A stretch of DNA of 64,000 bases from a virus: positions 1-64,000 of IMG/VR virus record IMGVR_UViG_3300047557_002984; one strand, given 5' to 3'. Position numbers and translations under genes: made by a program. The notes under the pieces were generated by a model. That model was not told the origin of the DNA. It made no database searches and saw only the letters and a program-made list of their open reading frames with translations. Shown piece by piece: positions 36,117 through 45,639 of the stretch. Within the stretch, counting starts at the first letter, position 1, and each line of letters starts with the position of its first letter.

Positions 36117-36428
36117 CTATGCGGCCTTAGCCTTGCTGCTCATCAATTGCCGCCATTGGTTCAGGTACGCGGTGATGCGCTGGCGGTAAGCGTCGCACGC
36201 GTCAAATGTCCCCACGATGTCACCGCAAGCCGCGACGCGCTCAATCAGCGCCTCCGCGTCGTGCCAGCGTTCGCCGCTGATTGAGAATCCCGACGGCAAC
36301 GCATCCCACGATCCAAGTTCACCCACAAACGCGCTGATCTCTGCGCACGCGTGGCGAAAGCTCGATTGCACAACCTCACGGCAAAACGCTATTGCTTGCT
36401 CTTGCGTTAAAACTCGCGTTCCTGGCAT
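36117..36428 (-). CDS. Hypothetical protein
   Basis: Coupled ORF. Confidence 0.6.
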   Translation of the reverse strand: MPGTRVLTQEQAIAFCREVVQSSFRHACAEISAFVGELGSWDALPSGFSISGERWHDAEALIERVAACGDIVGTFDACDAYRQRITAYLNQWRQLMSSKAKAA

Positions 36429-36430
36429 TG

Positions 36431-38341
36431 CTAAAACTCCGGTGTAAATGCGTACTCATGCCCCTCTTGTAAAAATGGCACGAACACTTGCACAGCCTGT
36501 CCACGGCTGAGCATTTGCTTGCTGTCGGGGTCAAACCAAAACGGCATGAAGGGCAATTCGCCCTCGCCTTCGCGTTGTTTCTGCACCACCCACGCCCCAT
36601 CCGCGCCGTCGAGCGCGCCTTGTTCTTCGCGCGTCAGCGGCTCGCCAATTGACACTTTGGCCTGTGCCCGTTCGCGCGCCTTGTTGCGCCAAATCGCCAG
36701 CACGTTATCCGCCTGATCCGTGATCCCGCCCGAACCTTTCACGCCGTTGTTATCCGGCGGATTTTCTTCGGTGCCGTCCTTGCGTCCGTGCGCCACCAGC
36801 AAAACGTGCGCGTTGAACTGCTTGGCAAAATTCGCGGCGCGGTCAGCAAACGCGTCCTGTCCGTCTAAGTCGTCGCCGCGAATGCCGCACTTCATCAGCG
36901 AATCAATCACAAAAAACGTCACGCCGTAGCGTCGCCACGCGTACTCGAAGACCTCGAAAATCTTATCCGCCGTCACGCGCCCAACGTGATCAAACAGCCA
37001 CAGCCGGTCGAAGTACCACGTCATCACCTGTCGGATGTACTCCCGCGAGGGCAGGCGCTGCGCGGTCAATTGCCGCACGGCGCGCTTGAGCAACACCGGC
37101 GCTTTCATTTCCAGCGAGGCGATCAACCCGCGCTCTCCGTGTGCAAGCGCGGAGTTCATGATCAGGTTGATTGCCTCCGTCTTGCCGTGGCCGCGATAGC
37201 CCGTCACGATGGTCATTTCGCCCAGGCGAAAGCGAAACTTGTCACCAAAGCCCGCCAGCGGCACAGCAACGCCTGTGTGTGTTCCTTCGTCGGGGTAAAA
37301 CTGCTCAATGACTTGATCCGTAAAGGCAACCGCGCTGCGGAGTTCGTCTGGATCGCACGAATCGGACTCTTCAATCAGCGCGCGCATTTGCTCAGCCGAC
37401 ATGCCCGCGCGAAGGCAATCGTTCACGTCCTTGTGCCCATCCGGCATTTCCGGCACAACGCGGCACCGATGACGCCCCAATCGCTCAATTAAATCCGCCA
37501 CCGCTTCACGGCCCGGCGCATCCTGATCAAAGTTCAGATAAATCACCTCGAACCGCTGCAACTGCTCCCACTCGCTTGCAATCCAGCGGTGTTTGCTGTC
37601 CTTGCCCGCGCCAAACGGTGTCGCCACGGCGGGAATGCCGTACTGATGCCACGTCATCGCGTTGATCTCGCCTTCCACGATCACCACCGCGCGCGCGTTG
37701 GCGGGGAACGCTTGCCAGCCAAACAGGATCGGCTCACAGCCTGCCTCTGCGTCAATCAGCTTTTTGCCGTCAGGCCGTTCCGTGCCCAGGTACTTCACAA
37801 ACTTCAACTCGCCAGACGCCGCCGCTTTGAACGGGAACACCACCGCCGGGCAGGAATGCCGCCCGCTTTTGGCGGCAAAGCTATGTTCCGTTTGCGCGCC
37901 AACTTGAAACGCCTTGATCGTTTCCGCGCTTAGCCCGCGCTCGCGTGTCAGGTAATCCAGCACGGCGTTGCGCGGCATCGTTAGGTTTTTCACTTGCGGC
38001 TTGCGGTACTCAACCGGCGTCTCCGCAAATTTTGAGGCCCGCTGCAATTGCGGTTCGTGAATCCCTAGGAAGTTTTTCGCCCACGTCAGCGCTTCGTTCA
38101 GCGCCACCCCACGCACGGCGCAGTACAAATCCAGCAGGTCGCCGCTTTTACCGGCGGCGAAGTCTGCCCACAGGCCCGCCTTTTCGCCCGAAAGATGCAC
38201 TTTCAGGCTTTGGCCCGGTTCGCCCGCCGTTGAGCCAACGCACCACTCTTGGCCGACGCGCTTTCCGTTAGGGAACAGCGCGCGCGCGACCGATTCGGCG
38301 CGCGCGGCAAGCTGTGTTTTGATCTGTCCGGCGTCAATCAT
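36431..38341 (-). CDS. Primase-helicase (TOPRIM + DnaB-like SF4, T7 gp4/Twinkle-like)
   Basis: VEGE.NA and D.D.PG TOPRIM motifs; GYRGHGKT, SLEM, VIDSL, LVAH.RK and GSG.I...ADN. Confidence 0.92.
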   Translation of the reverse strand: MIDAGQIKTQLAARAESVARALFPNGKRVGQEWCVGSTAGEPGQSLKVHLSGEKAGLWADFAAGKSGDLLDLYCAVRGVALNEALTWAKNFLGIHEPQLQRASKFAETPVEYRKPQVKNLTMPRNAVLDYLTRERGLSAETIKAFQVGAQTEHSFAAKSGRHSCPAVVFPFKAAASGELKFVKYLGTERPDGKKLIDAEAGCEPILFGWQAFPANARAVVIVEGEINAMTWHQYGIPAVATPFGAGKDSKHRWIASEWEQLQRFEVIYLNFDQDAPGREAVADLIERLGRHRCRVVPEMPDGHKDVNDCLRAGMSAEQMRALIEESDSCDPDELRSAVAFTDQVIEQFYPDEGTHTGVAVPLAGFGDKFRFRLGEMTIVTGYRGHGKTEAINLIMNSALAHGERGLIASLEMKAPVLLKRAVRQLTAQRLPSREYIRQVMTWYFDRLWLFDHVGRVTADKIFEVFEYAWRRYGVTFFVIDSLMKCGIRGDDLDGQDAFADRAANFAKQFNAHVLLVAHGRKDGTEENPPDNNGVKGSGGITDQADNVLAIWRNKARERAQAKVSIGEPLTREEQGALDGADGAWVVQKQREGEGELPFMPFWFDPDSKQMLSRGQAVQVFVPFLQEGHEYAFTPEF

Positions 38342-38344
38342 CGG

Positions 38345-39355
38345 TTAAGCCACCAGCCCTTGTTGTTTTGCCTTCTGGTAATTTTCCATCGTCCAGCGGC
38401 GCTGCTCGCCAAGGCTCATTTGCTCCCAATTCGCTGGTTTGGGCGGCATCGGGATCACAACGGCCCCTTCCGGCACAGGAAAGCATCCGCCGATACGTGT
38501 CGGGGGTTGAGGTTGGCCAGCAAGCGAGACGTGGAACAGGTCTTTAAACGCCCACGGGCTAAGCGCCTTCGTCGGGTAGCGGGCAGCCAGCCACGAAGGA
38601 AAGGCCCGCACGTCGGCGGCTGTTGCCTTCAGCGAGAGCGCAAATTCCGCGAGTTCGCGCATCGTGCTAAAGTTCGTTGCGTGGCCAGGAAAAACATCCT
38701 CCAACGCTGTGCCCAACTCTCCGTGCGGGGCAGCCGTAGGCGGGGGGCTGGTTTTCCCCCTGGTTTTCCCCCTGGTTTTCTTCTGGTTTTCTTCTGGTTT
38801 TTGTGTGTCTGTTGAACAGACCACCTCCGGTCTGTTGGACTGACTACCTCCGGTCTGTTGAACAGACCATCTCTGGTCTGTTGGACTGACTACCCCTGGT
38901 CTGTTCAACAGACTACCCCTGGTCTGTTCAACAGACTGGCTCTGGCGGGCAGATTCTGTTTGCCGGATGGCTCTCTCGGCTTTTTGTCCGGCGCGCGCTT
39001 GCAGGATGTCCAGGCGGACATTGTTGGAGTCCATTTCCAATTCGTAGCACGCCCCGTCGTTGGATAGGTTGTTCTCGTCCGCCTTGACCAGCAAGCCGAC
39101 CTCGACCAAATACGCCAACCCGTGAATGACGGTTGAGCGCCCCAAGCCCGTGCCGTGGTCGCGGATTTCGCCATTGGCCCCGCGTGCGCCGTTGCAGAAC
39201 TGCGACAGGCTGATGCGATCCCGCTGCTTATGAAAGCCCATAATGCGACGCACGGCATACAGCAACAGAGCTAGCTCCGTGCCGGTCAGCAAGTGCATAA
39301 CCTCATCCACGTAGAAATTCGGCACCTGAAACGTATTCGGATGAATCTTTGACAA
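38345..39355 (-). CDS. Replication initiator (lambda O-like)
   Basis: FQVPN..VD, R...GF.K..DRISLSQF and TGL.RSTV wHTH; internal iterons; TTG start after AGGAG. Confidence 0.85.
   Translation of the reverse strand: MSKIHPNTFQVPNFYVDEVMHLLTGTELALLLYAVRRIMGFHKQRDRISLSQFCNGARGANGEIRDHGTGLGRSTVIHGLAYLVEVGLLVKADENNLSNDGACYELEMDSNNVRLDILQARAGQKAERAIRQTESARQSQSVEQTRGSLLNRPGVVSPTDQRWSVQQTGGSQSNRPEVVCSTDTQKPEENQKKTRGKTRGKTSPPPTAAPHGELGTALEDVFPGHATNFSTMRELAEFALSLKATAADVRAFPSWLAARYPTKALSPWAFKDLFHVSLAGQPQPPTRIGGCFPVPEGAVVIPMPPKPANWEQMSLGEQRRWTMENYQKAKQQGLVA
38748..38936. repeat. Putative replication origin: six 23-bp iterons and five 11-12-bp pyrimidine-rich repeats
   Basis: GTCTGTT-N-AACAGAC-type units at a 23-bp period from 38807; CTGGTTTT repeats at 38748-38802. 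Confidence 0.9.
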
Positions 39356-39586
39356 AACGCACCTCTCCTGATACGCCAGCGAATCTGGCGCTCGCAATGC
39401 CTGCCCGGCTCAGGGCAGGCGAGAACTAAGGAAACGAGATTGCGCCGGTGAGGGCGCTAGGTCTGAGGCGGGCGCGTGGGCACCGTTCGTCCGTCCAGGC
39501 CGTCGCCGCGCGTGGATTGGGGCGGTGCGCGCGACGCTCGCGTTAGCTTCGGGGGCTGACGCGTGGGTTAGGGTTGATCGTTAGGG

Positions 39587-40504
39587 CTAAGTGATTGCGC
39601 CATCATTGGCGGTCAGGATTCCGTAGCCTTTGCAATGTCGGCAGACTTTCACGCCACCATCGAGCGCCTTCATTCTTTCCTCGACATAAGTATCAAGCTT
39701 CGCCTTAAGCGCGAAATAGTTTTCAGCTTCAAGCTGCGGCAAATCGCCCATCTTTAATTCGATCAGGCTGCGCTGAATTGAACGCAGAGGACTTACTGTG
39801 ACCTTGCCACGTCCGCCACTTCTGCCGGTTTTACCCGCAACGCTTTCTTGATGCTCCACGGGCAATAACTGCTTCACGTAAAACGAGTAGTCCGGCGTGT
39901 AGGAAACTTCAACGCTGTCGCCTTGTTGAGCGATGCGTTCTTTGAGTTTTTTCGTGACATACCGAAACGCTTCTTTGCTGCTTACGGCGCACGGGTATTT
40001 GTAGTAACTGACCGGATGAAAATCGAGCGCGTAGGGAAATTTTGAAATCACCTCAAAGGCAAGTGTGATCGGTTCACAGTCCTCGTCTACGATGTCAACG
40101 GTCACGTCTTCCAGCCTTAGATCGTGACTCGGTACAACGCGGCGCACCATCTGGTAAAGGCCGAAAATCTCATCATTCTTGCGCTCATCGTCGTCATCGT
40201 ATACAAAGAAATCTAACTCCACGGTCGGAGAAAGATGCGAGAGCGAGCTAAACTCCGGCTTCAGTTCGTAATGGGAAGGCTCGGTTGTTTGAGGCTTCTG
40301 AATACTGACCACCTGGGGCGCTCCACCAAGTTGCGCCGCATCTGCGAAATACCATTGCGAATTACCGGGGCATTGATTCACGGGCACCCCGTTGATTTTC
40401 AGGATGTCGCCGTATTCCACCCGCAACGGCAGGTACGGGCTGGGCTGGAAGTAGTATCTGCCGTCTTTTTTAATGGCTAGCATTTTATTTTTCATATTGC
40501 CCAT
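39587..40504 (-). CDS. Hypothetical protein with terminal CxxCxGxG
   Basis: 305-aa ORF. Confidence 0.7.
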   Translation of the reverse strand: MGNMKNKMLAIKKDGRYYFQPSPYLPLRVEYGDILKINGVPVNQCPGNSQWYFADAAQLGGAPQVVSIQKPQTTEPSHYELKPEFSSLSHLSPTVELDFFVYDDDDERKNDEIFGLYQMVRRVVPSHDLRLEDVTVDIVDEDCEPITLAFEVISKFPYALDFHPVSYYKYPCAVSSKEAFRYVTKKLKERIAQQGDSVEVSYTPDYSFYVKQLLPVEHQESVAGKTGRSGGRGKVTVSPLRSIQRSLIELKMGDLPQLEAENYFALKAKLDTYVEERMKALDGGVKVCRHCKGYGILTANDGAIT

Positions 40505-40901
40505 CCTTCCACGCCGCTAGCACGCACGCCATTGTGCGCGCCTCGGCTTCGGTTTCCATCAGCGGACTAACCGCGCCTAAATCGCGGCTCTGATCCACCA
40601 TAAGGGCAAACCCAAAACGATCTTTCTCCACAGTCAGCTTGTTCCAGCCGCGTTCGGCCATTGATTCATACGCGAAAGCGGCAGATGTAAGGCGCGTTGA
40701 TGGTTCAAACCACCAGTGACGGCCTTCGTCTACCACCGTCCACGAATCGTACTCAGCCAGGTATTCCACATCCTGCATGCACAACCGCGCACAGGCTGCG
40801 TCCAAGTCCTTGCCGCGAAGGTCAAGAATGTCGCCTTCCATCAGCGCAAGGAAATCCTCGCGGGTGCGTTCGTGTGGTGCTTTTTGAATTGCTTGGCTCA
40901 T
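40485..40901 (-). CDS. Hypothetical protein (ABA-sandwich-like)
   Basis: LDA.CA, F.PST....A and A.A...A.VLA patterns. Confidence 0.6.
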   Translation of the reverse strand: MSQAIQKAPHERTREDFLALMEGDILDLRGKDLDAACARLCMQDVEYLAEYDSWTVVDEGRHWWFEPSTRLTSAAFAYESMAERGWNKLTVEKDRFGFALMVDQSRDLGAVSPLMETEAEARTMACVLAAWKDGQYEK

Positions 40902-40991
40902 CGCGCCTTCCCGTGTTTGGTAGGTAGTAGAGGCGGGAAGACTGCCCTGAAACGGCGAACCCGCGACCAGCTACATTTGACCATTCGTGTT

Positions 40992-41129
40992 TGCGAGACA
41001 ACGATTAGTGAAGTGCGCGCTGATCGCGGGATTGCTCTTTTACAGGAAGAAACTCGCGGGGTCAAATTAGCACCCACTCTCTCGTTGTCTCGCATTTCTG
41101 ACTATACGCTTTCCGCTCCCATTTTGCAA
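40992..41129 (-). promoter_or_regulatory. Promoter plus long-hairpin 5' leader
   Basis: TTGCAA-17 bp-TATAGT; 13-bp inverted repeat 40992-41004/41082-41094. Confidence 0.7.
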
Positions 41130-41267
41130 CAACAAAAAACGCGCGAACCCCTGATTTTACAGGGCCGCGCGCGATTTTCGCTTACACACAACCGCTCTGC
41201 CAGCGCGGATTGCGCCAGTCGTTTTTCCGCGTAATTTTTGCGGGGGATTCCATGTTTTGCGGTAATC

Positions 41268-41699
41268 CTATAACCGAAACTGAGCCATTCGTTCGCCTTC
41301 TTCCGCCGCCGTGGCTTTGCTCGCTTCTTGCAAGCGTTCGGGGATCACCATATCAAGCCACCAATGAGGGTAATTCGGGTCAGCGTATAGCTCCCAGGCG
41401 CAAAGCACTTTATTGCGCCCTGTGCCGTTCAGGCTTTCCAGCCAATTCTCAACGGTCACGCCCATCCACTTTTTGCCGATGTTGAAACCGTTGTCCGGCT
41501 TTATGTCCATGTCGTCACCTAGCGTGCGCTTGACTAAGCCCGCGCCATACGTTTCAACAAGGAACATTGACAGGGCCGCGCGCTCCGAGAAATCGCACAC
41601 GAAGCCTGTTTCAACGGTTGTCCGCGCAAAGTATCGGTACAGTTCCGACATGCGCAGCCAGTTTTTTGTGGGTCGTGTTGGTAGTTTGATTTCGCTCAT
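41268..41699 (-). CDS. Hypothetical protein
   Basis: Start at MSEIKLP. Confidence 0.6.
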   Translation of the reverse strand: MSEIKLPTRPTKNWLRMSELYRYFARTTVETGFVCDFSERAALSMFLVETYGAGLVKRTLGDDMDIKPDNGFNIGKKWMGVTVENWLESLNGTGRNKVLCAWELYADPNYPHWWLDMVIPERLQEASKATAAEEGERMAQFRL

Positions 41700-42049
41700 G
41701 GCCAGTAATCTGCTCCCGCACCGAATCGCGGCAACTCTACCGCGTGCGGGCGTTCGGCAAACATTGCTTCTCGATAATCCAGCGCTTCCGACGTGATCTG
41801 CCATTCGGCGAACGTGGGCGGGTGCGCGACAATCGGCGGCTGCTCGGCGGCGGTGATGTAAGGCTCTGTGGATGGTGTCATTGGCAAAGACTTTCCCAGC
41901 CTGTTACAGCATAAAGAATCGGCCAGCGATGAAACGGCGCGACATCTGAAGCGAAACAAGCGTGATGCTCGCCATCCGTTGCTTCTTTTCCGTCGCGGTA
42001 AATTACAAGCACGGGGACATTCCCCGTCAGTGCGCCATTTTCCCGCCAT
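41696..42049 (-). CDS. Hypothetical protein
   Basis: ATGA-coupled to the next gene; real start probably internal (MTPSTEP). Confidence 0.4.
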   Translation of the reverse strand: MAGKWRTDGECPRACNLPRRKRSNGWRASRLFRFRCRAVSSLADSLCCNRLGKSLPMTPSTEPYITAAEQPPIVAHPPTFAEWQITSEALDYREAMFAERPHAVELPRFGAGADYWP

Positions 42050-42208
42050 TGCAATGAAGGAGCGCCGCCCTGTAGGGGCAAGCGACGCCCCCCGGCCCTC
42101 GGCAGTGAAGCACTGCGAGCGGTTGAGCGAGCGGGCGGAATGGAGACGTGCCAGGGCTTCCGGTGTCTTCCGACCGCCCCGACCCGTTCTCGGCTTCGCC
42201 GGATGGCG

Positions 42209-42523
42209 CTATTCATCCGGCCACTCGCCCCTCTCTTTCAAGGCAGCAGTTACGTCAAAGCCTGCTGCTGGTGTGATGGCAAATCCGGGGGGATTCGGTT
42301 TCTTTTTGTGAGCGTTAAGGCTCATTGCCATATTTTGCGCAAACTCAATCACGGCTGGATTGCTATTTGCGGCGGCGCTATTCGTAATCCAATCTACTGC
42401 CCAGGAAAGGGCGTTGTTGTATCCCAATCGCTCTCCCTCTAAGAGGGTGCGAACTGTTTGAATTGCTGCTCTTTGAAGAGCTATCTCGCCATCAAGAAGT
42501 TCTTTTTCACTTTTGCTTTTCAT
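42209..42523 (-). CDS. Hypothetical protein
   Basis: ORF in the minus-strand operon. Confidence 0.6.
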   Translation of the reverse strand: MKSKSEKELLDGEIALQRAAIQTVRTLLEGERLGYNNALSWAVDWITNSAAANSNPAVIEFAQNMAMSLNAHKKKPNPPGFAITPAAGFDVTAALKERGEWPDE

Positions 42524-42586
42524 AAGTAATCAATATCCAGAACGGATGAAAACCGGAAATCTTTTCGCCAATAGCCCATTCGGATG

Positions 42587-42778
42587 TCACCCGAAGGGGC
42601 GGGCATAGTAGAAACGAGCGACGCACCAGAGAAGCAGGAGCGAGTCACGCAGGCGGGCGGGACTCCGAACCGCGAGCACCGGCCACAGCAGCGCGGTCGG
42701 CGCATCGTGTAGACAGACATACACACCGCCAGCGACGATTAGGTACAGCACGAATAACACAGACAAGAAATCTTTCAT
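42587..42778 (-). CDS. Small membrane protein
   Basis: Hydrophobic, 63 aa. Confidence 0.5.
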   Translation of the reverse strand: MKDFLSVLFVLYLIVAGGVYVCLHDAPTALLWPVLAVRSPARLRDSLLLLWCVARFYYARPFG

Positions 42779-42972
42779 TGCGTAGCTAAAAATTGCCCGG
42801 CAGCGTAACTACCGGGCCAAAAGGTTGTAACAACATAGGCTCCGCGCCTATCCCTCGCCGCGTGGCGAAGATCGTTTGCGCATTGCTGCGCAGAAATTAC
42901 GGCTGGCGGGAGTACAACCACCAGCCGACTGCCCGCTCCCCCGTCTCTCCTTTGCGGGCAATATCAAACTCT

Positions 42973-43012
42973 TGGTGCAGCGGCAGGGGAGCTTGATAAG
43001 CCCTGCCGCTGC
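42973..43012 (-). ncRNA. 12-bp minihelix ending in ACCA
   Basis: GCAGCGGCAGGG-loop-CCCTGCCGCTGC-ACCA. Confidence 0.45.
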
Positions 43013-43049
43013 TATCGCCCGCATACAAGGAATTGCGGGCAATCTTTTT

Positions 43050-43130
43050 GCGCGCCTTCGGGAATCGAACCCGCTGCCCGTCTGATTGGTCGCTAAACCT
43101 CTCTAGGCGTCCTTATGGGGCGCAGCGCGC
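43050..43130 (-). ncRNA. tRNA-like element (non-canonical or pseudo-tRNA)
   Basis: 7-bp closing stem GCGCGCT/GGCGCGC and T-arm CGGG-TTCGATT-CCCG; D and anticodon arms irregular. Confidence 0.55.
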
Positions 43131-43221
43131 AAAATCATAAATGTAAAGACCGGGCGGGGCGGTGCGCCGCTATGGCCTAGATGTAGGCACTGGCGCTGGT
43201 GTCATTCCGCCCCGGTAGTCG

Positions 43222-43416
43222 CTACTTAGAGTCGCGCGCGCCGCGCCGGTGACTCGTTGCGCCCCGCTGGGGCTGCACTCGTTTCAACCGGCGCAAGAAT
43301 TTTTCGACTCTTTGCACGCAGGTTCCTGTTTCCGCGAGCGCCATCGCTCTCCGCAGGCGTAACTTCCGGGCCTCTCGCCCGTAGAGGATTGCCAGCCTGT
43401 TGCGATTGCTCGCCAT
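43222..43416 (-). CDS. Small basic protein
   Basis: GAGGTG RBS; embedded in the hairpin array. Confidence 0.5.
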   Translation of the reverse strand: MASNRNRLAILYGREARKLRLRRAMALAETGTCVQRVEKFLRRLKRVQPQRGATSHRRGARDSK

Positions 43417-43452
43417 TCACCTCAAACAATCACAGTTGCGCGGCTGGCAAAT

Positions 43453-43516
43453 TGGTGGCTACGATTGGCGATTGGCTTCCGCGAACCGCCTGCGCGTCGC
43501 AACGCACACCGTAGCC
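43453..43516 (-). ncRNA. 64-nt three-way-junction RNA ending in ACCA
   Basis: GGCTACG...CGTAGCC-ACCA enclosing two hairpins. Confidence 0.5.
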
Positions 43517-43632
43517 ATAATTGAAAAGACCTTGTAAAAAAAAACGGGCGCGCGTTTCCACGCGCCCAAGCTCCCACTTCCAATCATTCAAGGAGATTCG
43601 CCACGATGCCCGGCGACCGGCTACCCGATGCG

Positions 43633-44316
43633 CTATGCAGGCAGCGCAAAATAATCTTTAGCAAATCGTTGCAACACCGGATGCGGAGGCATTCCCTGAC
43701 GCAAGTGATGAATGGCTTGGCCGACAATGTAACGCCCCATCCGTTCGCGCGTGTTGAACGATTCCGCCGGTTCGCCGACGAGATCACTTTCGCGGTATCC
43801 GGCACTAATCAATAGCGTGGCCAGCCATTCCTTCCCGCCGCGACGCAAGCCGGTAGCCTTGTTCCAGTCAATGTCTACATCGTCAGCATCTTCCACGAAG
43901 GAGTTGAGCCAGCCAATCACCACGTCTAATCGTGTCAGCGGTGCAATGTCCGCTTCCTGTAACGCAAGCAGACCGGGCAAGCCACGAATGGCAGCAGTCA
44001 CAGCGTCTTGCCGTTTGGCCAGTTCGAGTGCGCGGCGTCCAGCGTATGCCTTGCCCGCCGCCGACGCTCGCCAAGCCTTTCTTTCGGCTTCCATCGCGGC
44101 CATATAGCGCGCTTCAATCGCTTTGGCGTTGTCCTCTTGCGGGCGAACGCGCATGAGGATGTCGTTGAACTTAAAAACGACTTCCGCATTGTTTCGCCGC
44201 GCCAGTTGCAACGCTTGCCTTGCAGCGAAGCCGATGCTGTCACCGGCACATAGCTCCATCTTTAACATTCGCTTTGGTTGATTGCGCTTGGCGCGTTTAT
44301 GAGCCGTCTTTAGCAT
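43633..44316 (-). CDS. Hypothetical protein
   Basis: AAGGAG RBS; conserved-looking C-terminus YIVGQAI..L..GMPPHP. Confidence 0.7.
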   Translation of the reverse strand: MLKTAHKRAKRNQPKRMLKMELCAGDSIGFAARQALQLARRNNAEVVFKFNDILMRVRPQEDNAKAIEARYMAAMEAERKAWRASAAGKAYAGRRALELAKRQDAVTAAIRGLPGLLALQEADIAPLTRLDVVIGWLNSFVEDADDVDIDWNKATGLRRGGKEWLATLLISAGYRESDLVGEPAESFNTRERMGRYIVGQAIHHLRQGMPPHPVLQRFAKDYFALPA

Positions 44317-44804
44317 CGTCTTTCTCCTTACTCATTCCCCAGCAGCACGCACATCACCAGCGCTTGCCGGATGCTGCGTGTCCGCTGTTCGTGGCGCGCA
44401 CGGCGGGCAACGCGCCAGTGATCATATGCTGTGCGCAGGATAGCCAAACCGCCGACCACGCCCAACACGCCGCAGGTGATTAGGATTGCTGTGATCATTG
44501 CAGCGCTCCTTCCAGTTCAGCCTTTTCAGCTTTCAGCCTTTCAATGCTGCCTGCGACCCAGATTTTCATTTCAAACTTCGGACATTTGCGGTCGTCACTG
44601 GAAGGGCCGGATTTGCGACCGCTAGGCAACAATGTTTCTTGCGGACAACGGGAAGTCATCCACAGATTGCAACTACCGCATCTTGTTTGCAGCTTCAGTA
44701 TCTCGTTAGGGATTTCACGGAGTCGCTTGATTATCATGTGCTTGTCGCTCATCGCATTTCCTCGAAAGGGCGCGGCCCCCAGTGTGCTCATTTTGCCGCG
44801 CCCT

Positions 44805-45056
44805 TTATTTGCCCGCCGCGCAGCGGGCAAGCTCACGCTTCGGTGCTCGTTTTCGTGTGGGTACTGTTTGCGCCTCGCTTAGAAACGCTTGCAGCACCGC
44901 GACGGGGAAGAGCACGCGCCGATTGATCCGCGCCGGTTTGATTTTTCCGGCGCGCACTAGGTTTCGCACTGTCCCCTGGCTTACGCGCAAAAACTGCGCC
45001 GTCTCCGGGTACGTCAGGGGCGGCAGCAGATACGGTAAAGATTCGGATCGCATCAA
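44805..45056 (-). CDS. Excisionase-like HTH protein
   Basis: LT..E.AQFL.VS..TV.NLV..G.I...RI.RR pattern; GGGAGG RBS. Confidence 0.8.
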   Translation of the reverse strand: MMRSESLPYLLPPLTYPETAQFLRVSQGTVRNLVRAGKIKPARINRRVLFPVAVLQAFLSEAQTVPTRKRAPKRELARCAAGK

Positions 45057-45213
45057 AATTGCCCTCCCGCAGCGCGTTCACCAAAAATTGAAAATATTCG
45101 CGCCGCGACCGAATCATCGGACGTGACGCCTGAATCTGTCCGTCCACCCAGGCAAGTTGCGCGGGTGTCAGGTGCAACAAGAATGTTTTTTCATCTCGTA
45201 AACTCACAATCAT
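44833..45213 (-). CDS. Putative RHH-like regulator, possibly leaderless from GTG 45207
   Basis: beta-helix-helix pattern TFLLHLTPAQLAWVD...SRREYFQFLV; first gene of the leftward operon. Confidence 0.5.
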   Translation of the reverse strand: MIVSLRDEKTFLLHLTPAQLAWVDGQIQASRPMIRSRREYFQFLVNALREGNFDAIRIFTVSAAAPDVPGDGAVFARKPGDSAKPSARRKNQTGADQSARALPRRGAASVSKRGANSTHTKTSTEA

Positions 45214-45243
45214 CTTATACTGCGAAATCTAGTATTGCGTCAA
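45214..45243 (-). promoter_or_regulatory. Leftward promoter
   Basis: TTGACG-18 bp-TATAAG at the strand-switch point. Confidence 0.65.
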
Positions 45244-45480
45244 TATATAAAATCACAAGTCTCATAGAAAAATCAGTAATTGCGCAACGGATTCCGTTTG
45301 GTGTATTTACTCTGTCGTTTCCTCAGTGCAGATTAATGCCCCAAAGATATTCCATAAGCTAGTAATCCTGCCTTAGTTCCTTACCGCGCGCGGTAGGGAA
45401 TGCCCCTCGTGTGCCCGCTCTCCGATCTTCCCTGCTTTGACCGTATCCGAGCGCAGAATTGCCTCTTCTTCGTGGATCAC

Positions 45481-45639
45481 AAAAAATCACAGTGGTTGTT
45501 ATTTTTTTATATTGACTCTATATCGGCCTTGTTGTATTCTCCTTTTCGTAGTCGAGAGCGCGGGGACGGCGACGGTGAACCTGTTGACCCGTACCCAATC
45601 GGCGAGGCTTAGCCCAATCCCCACACCCGCGCAGACTAC
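45481..45639 (+). promoter_or_regulatory. Rightward promoter plus structured leader
   Basis: TTGACT(45512)-17 bp-TATTCT(45535); GTAGTC/GACTAC and GCGCGGG/CCCGCGC pairings. Confidence 0.75.

Noticed and set aside
38748-38936. Palindromic 23-bp repeats as a CRISPR array
   Set aside because: The repeats are head-to-tail with no unique spacers and lie inside the initiator gene, which fits iterons.
43050-43130. Canonical tRNA gene
   Set aside because: No regular D arm or 7-nt anticodon loop, so no anticodon can be assigned; kept only as tRNA-like.
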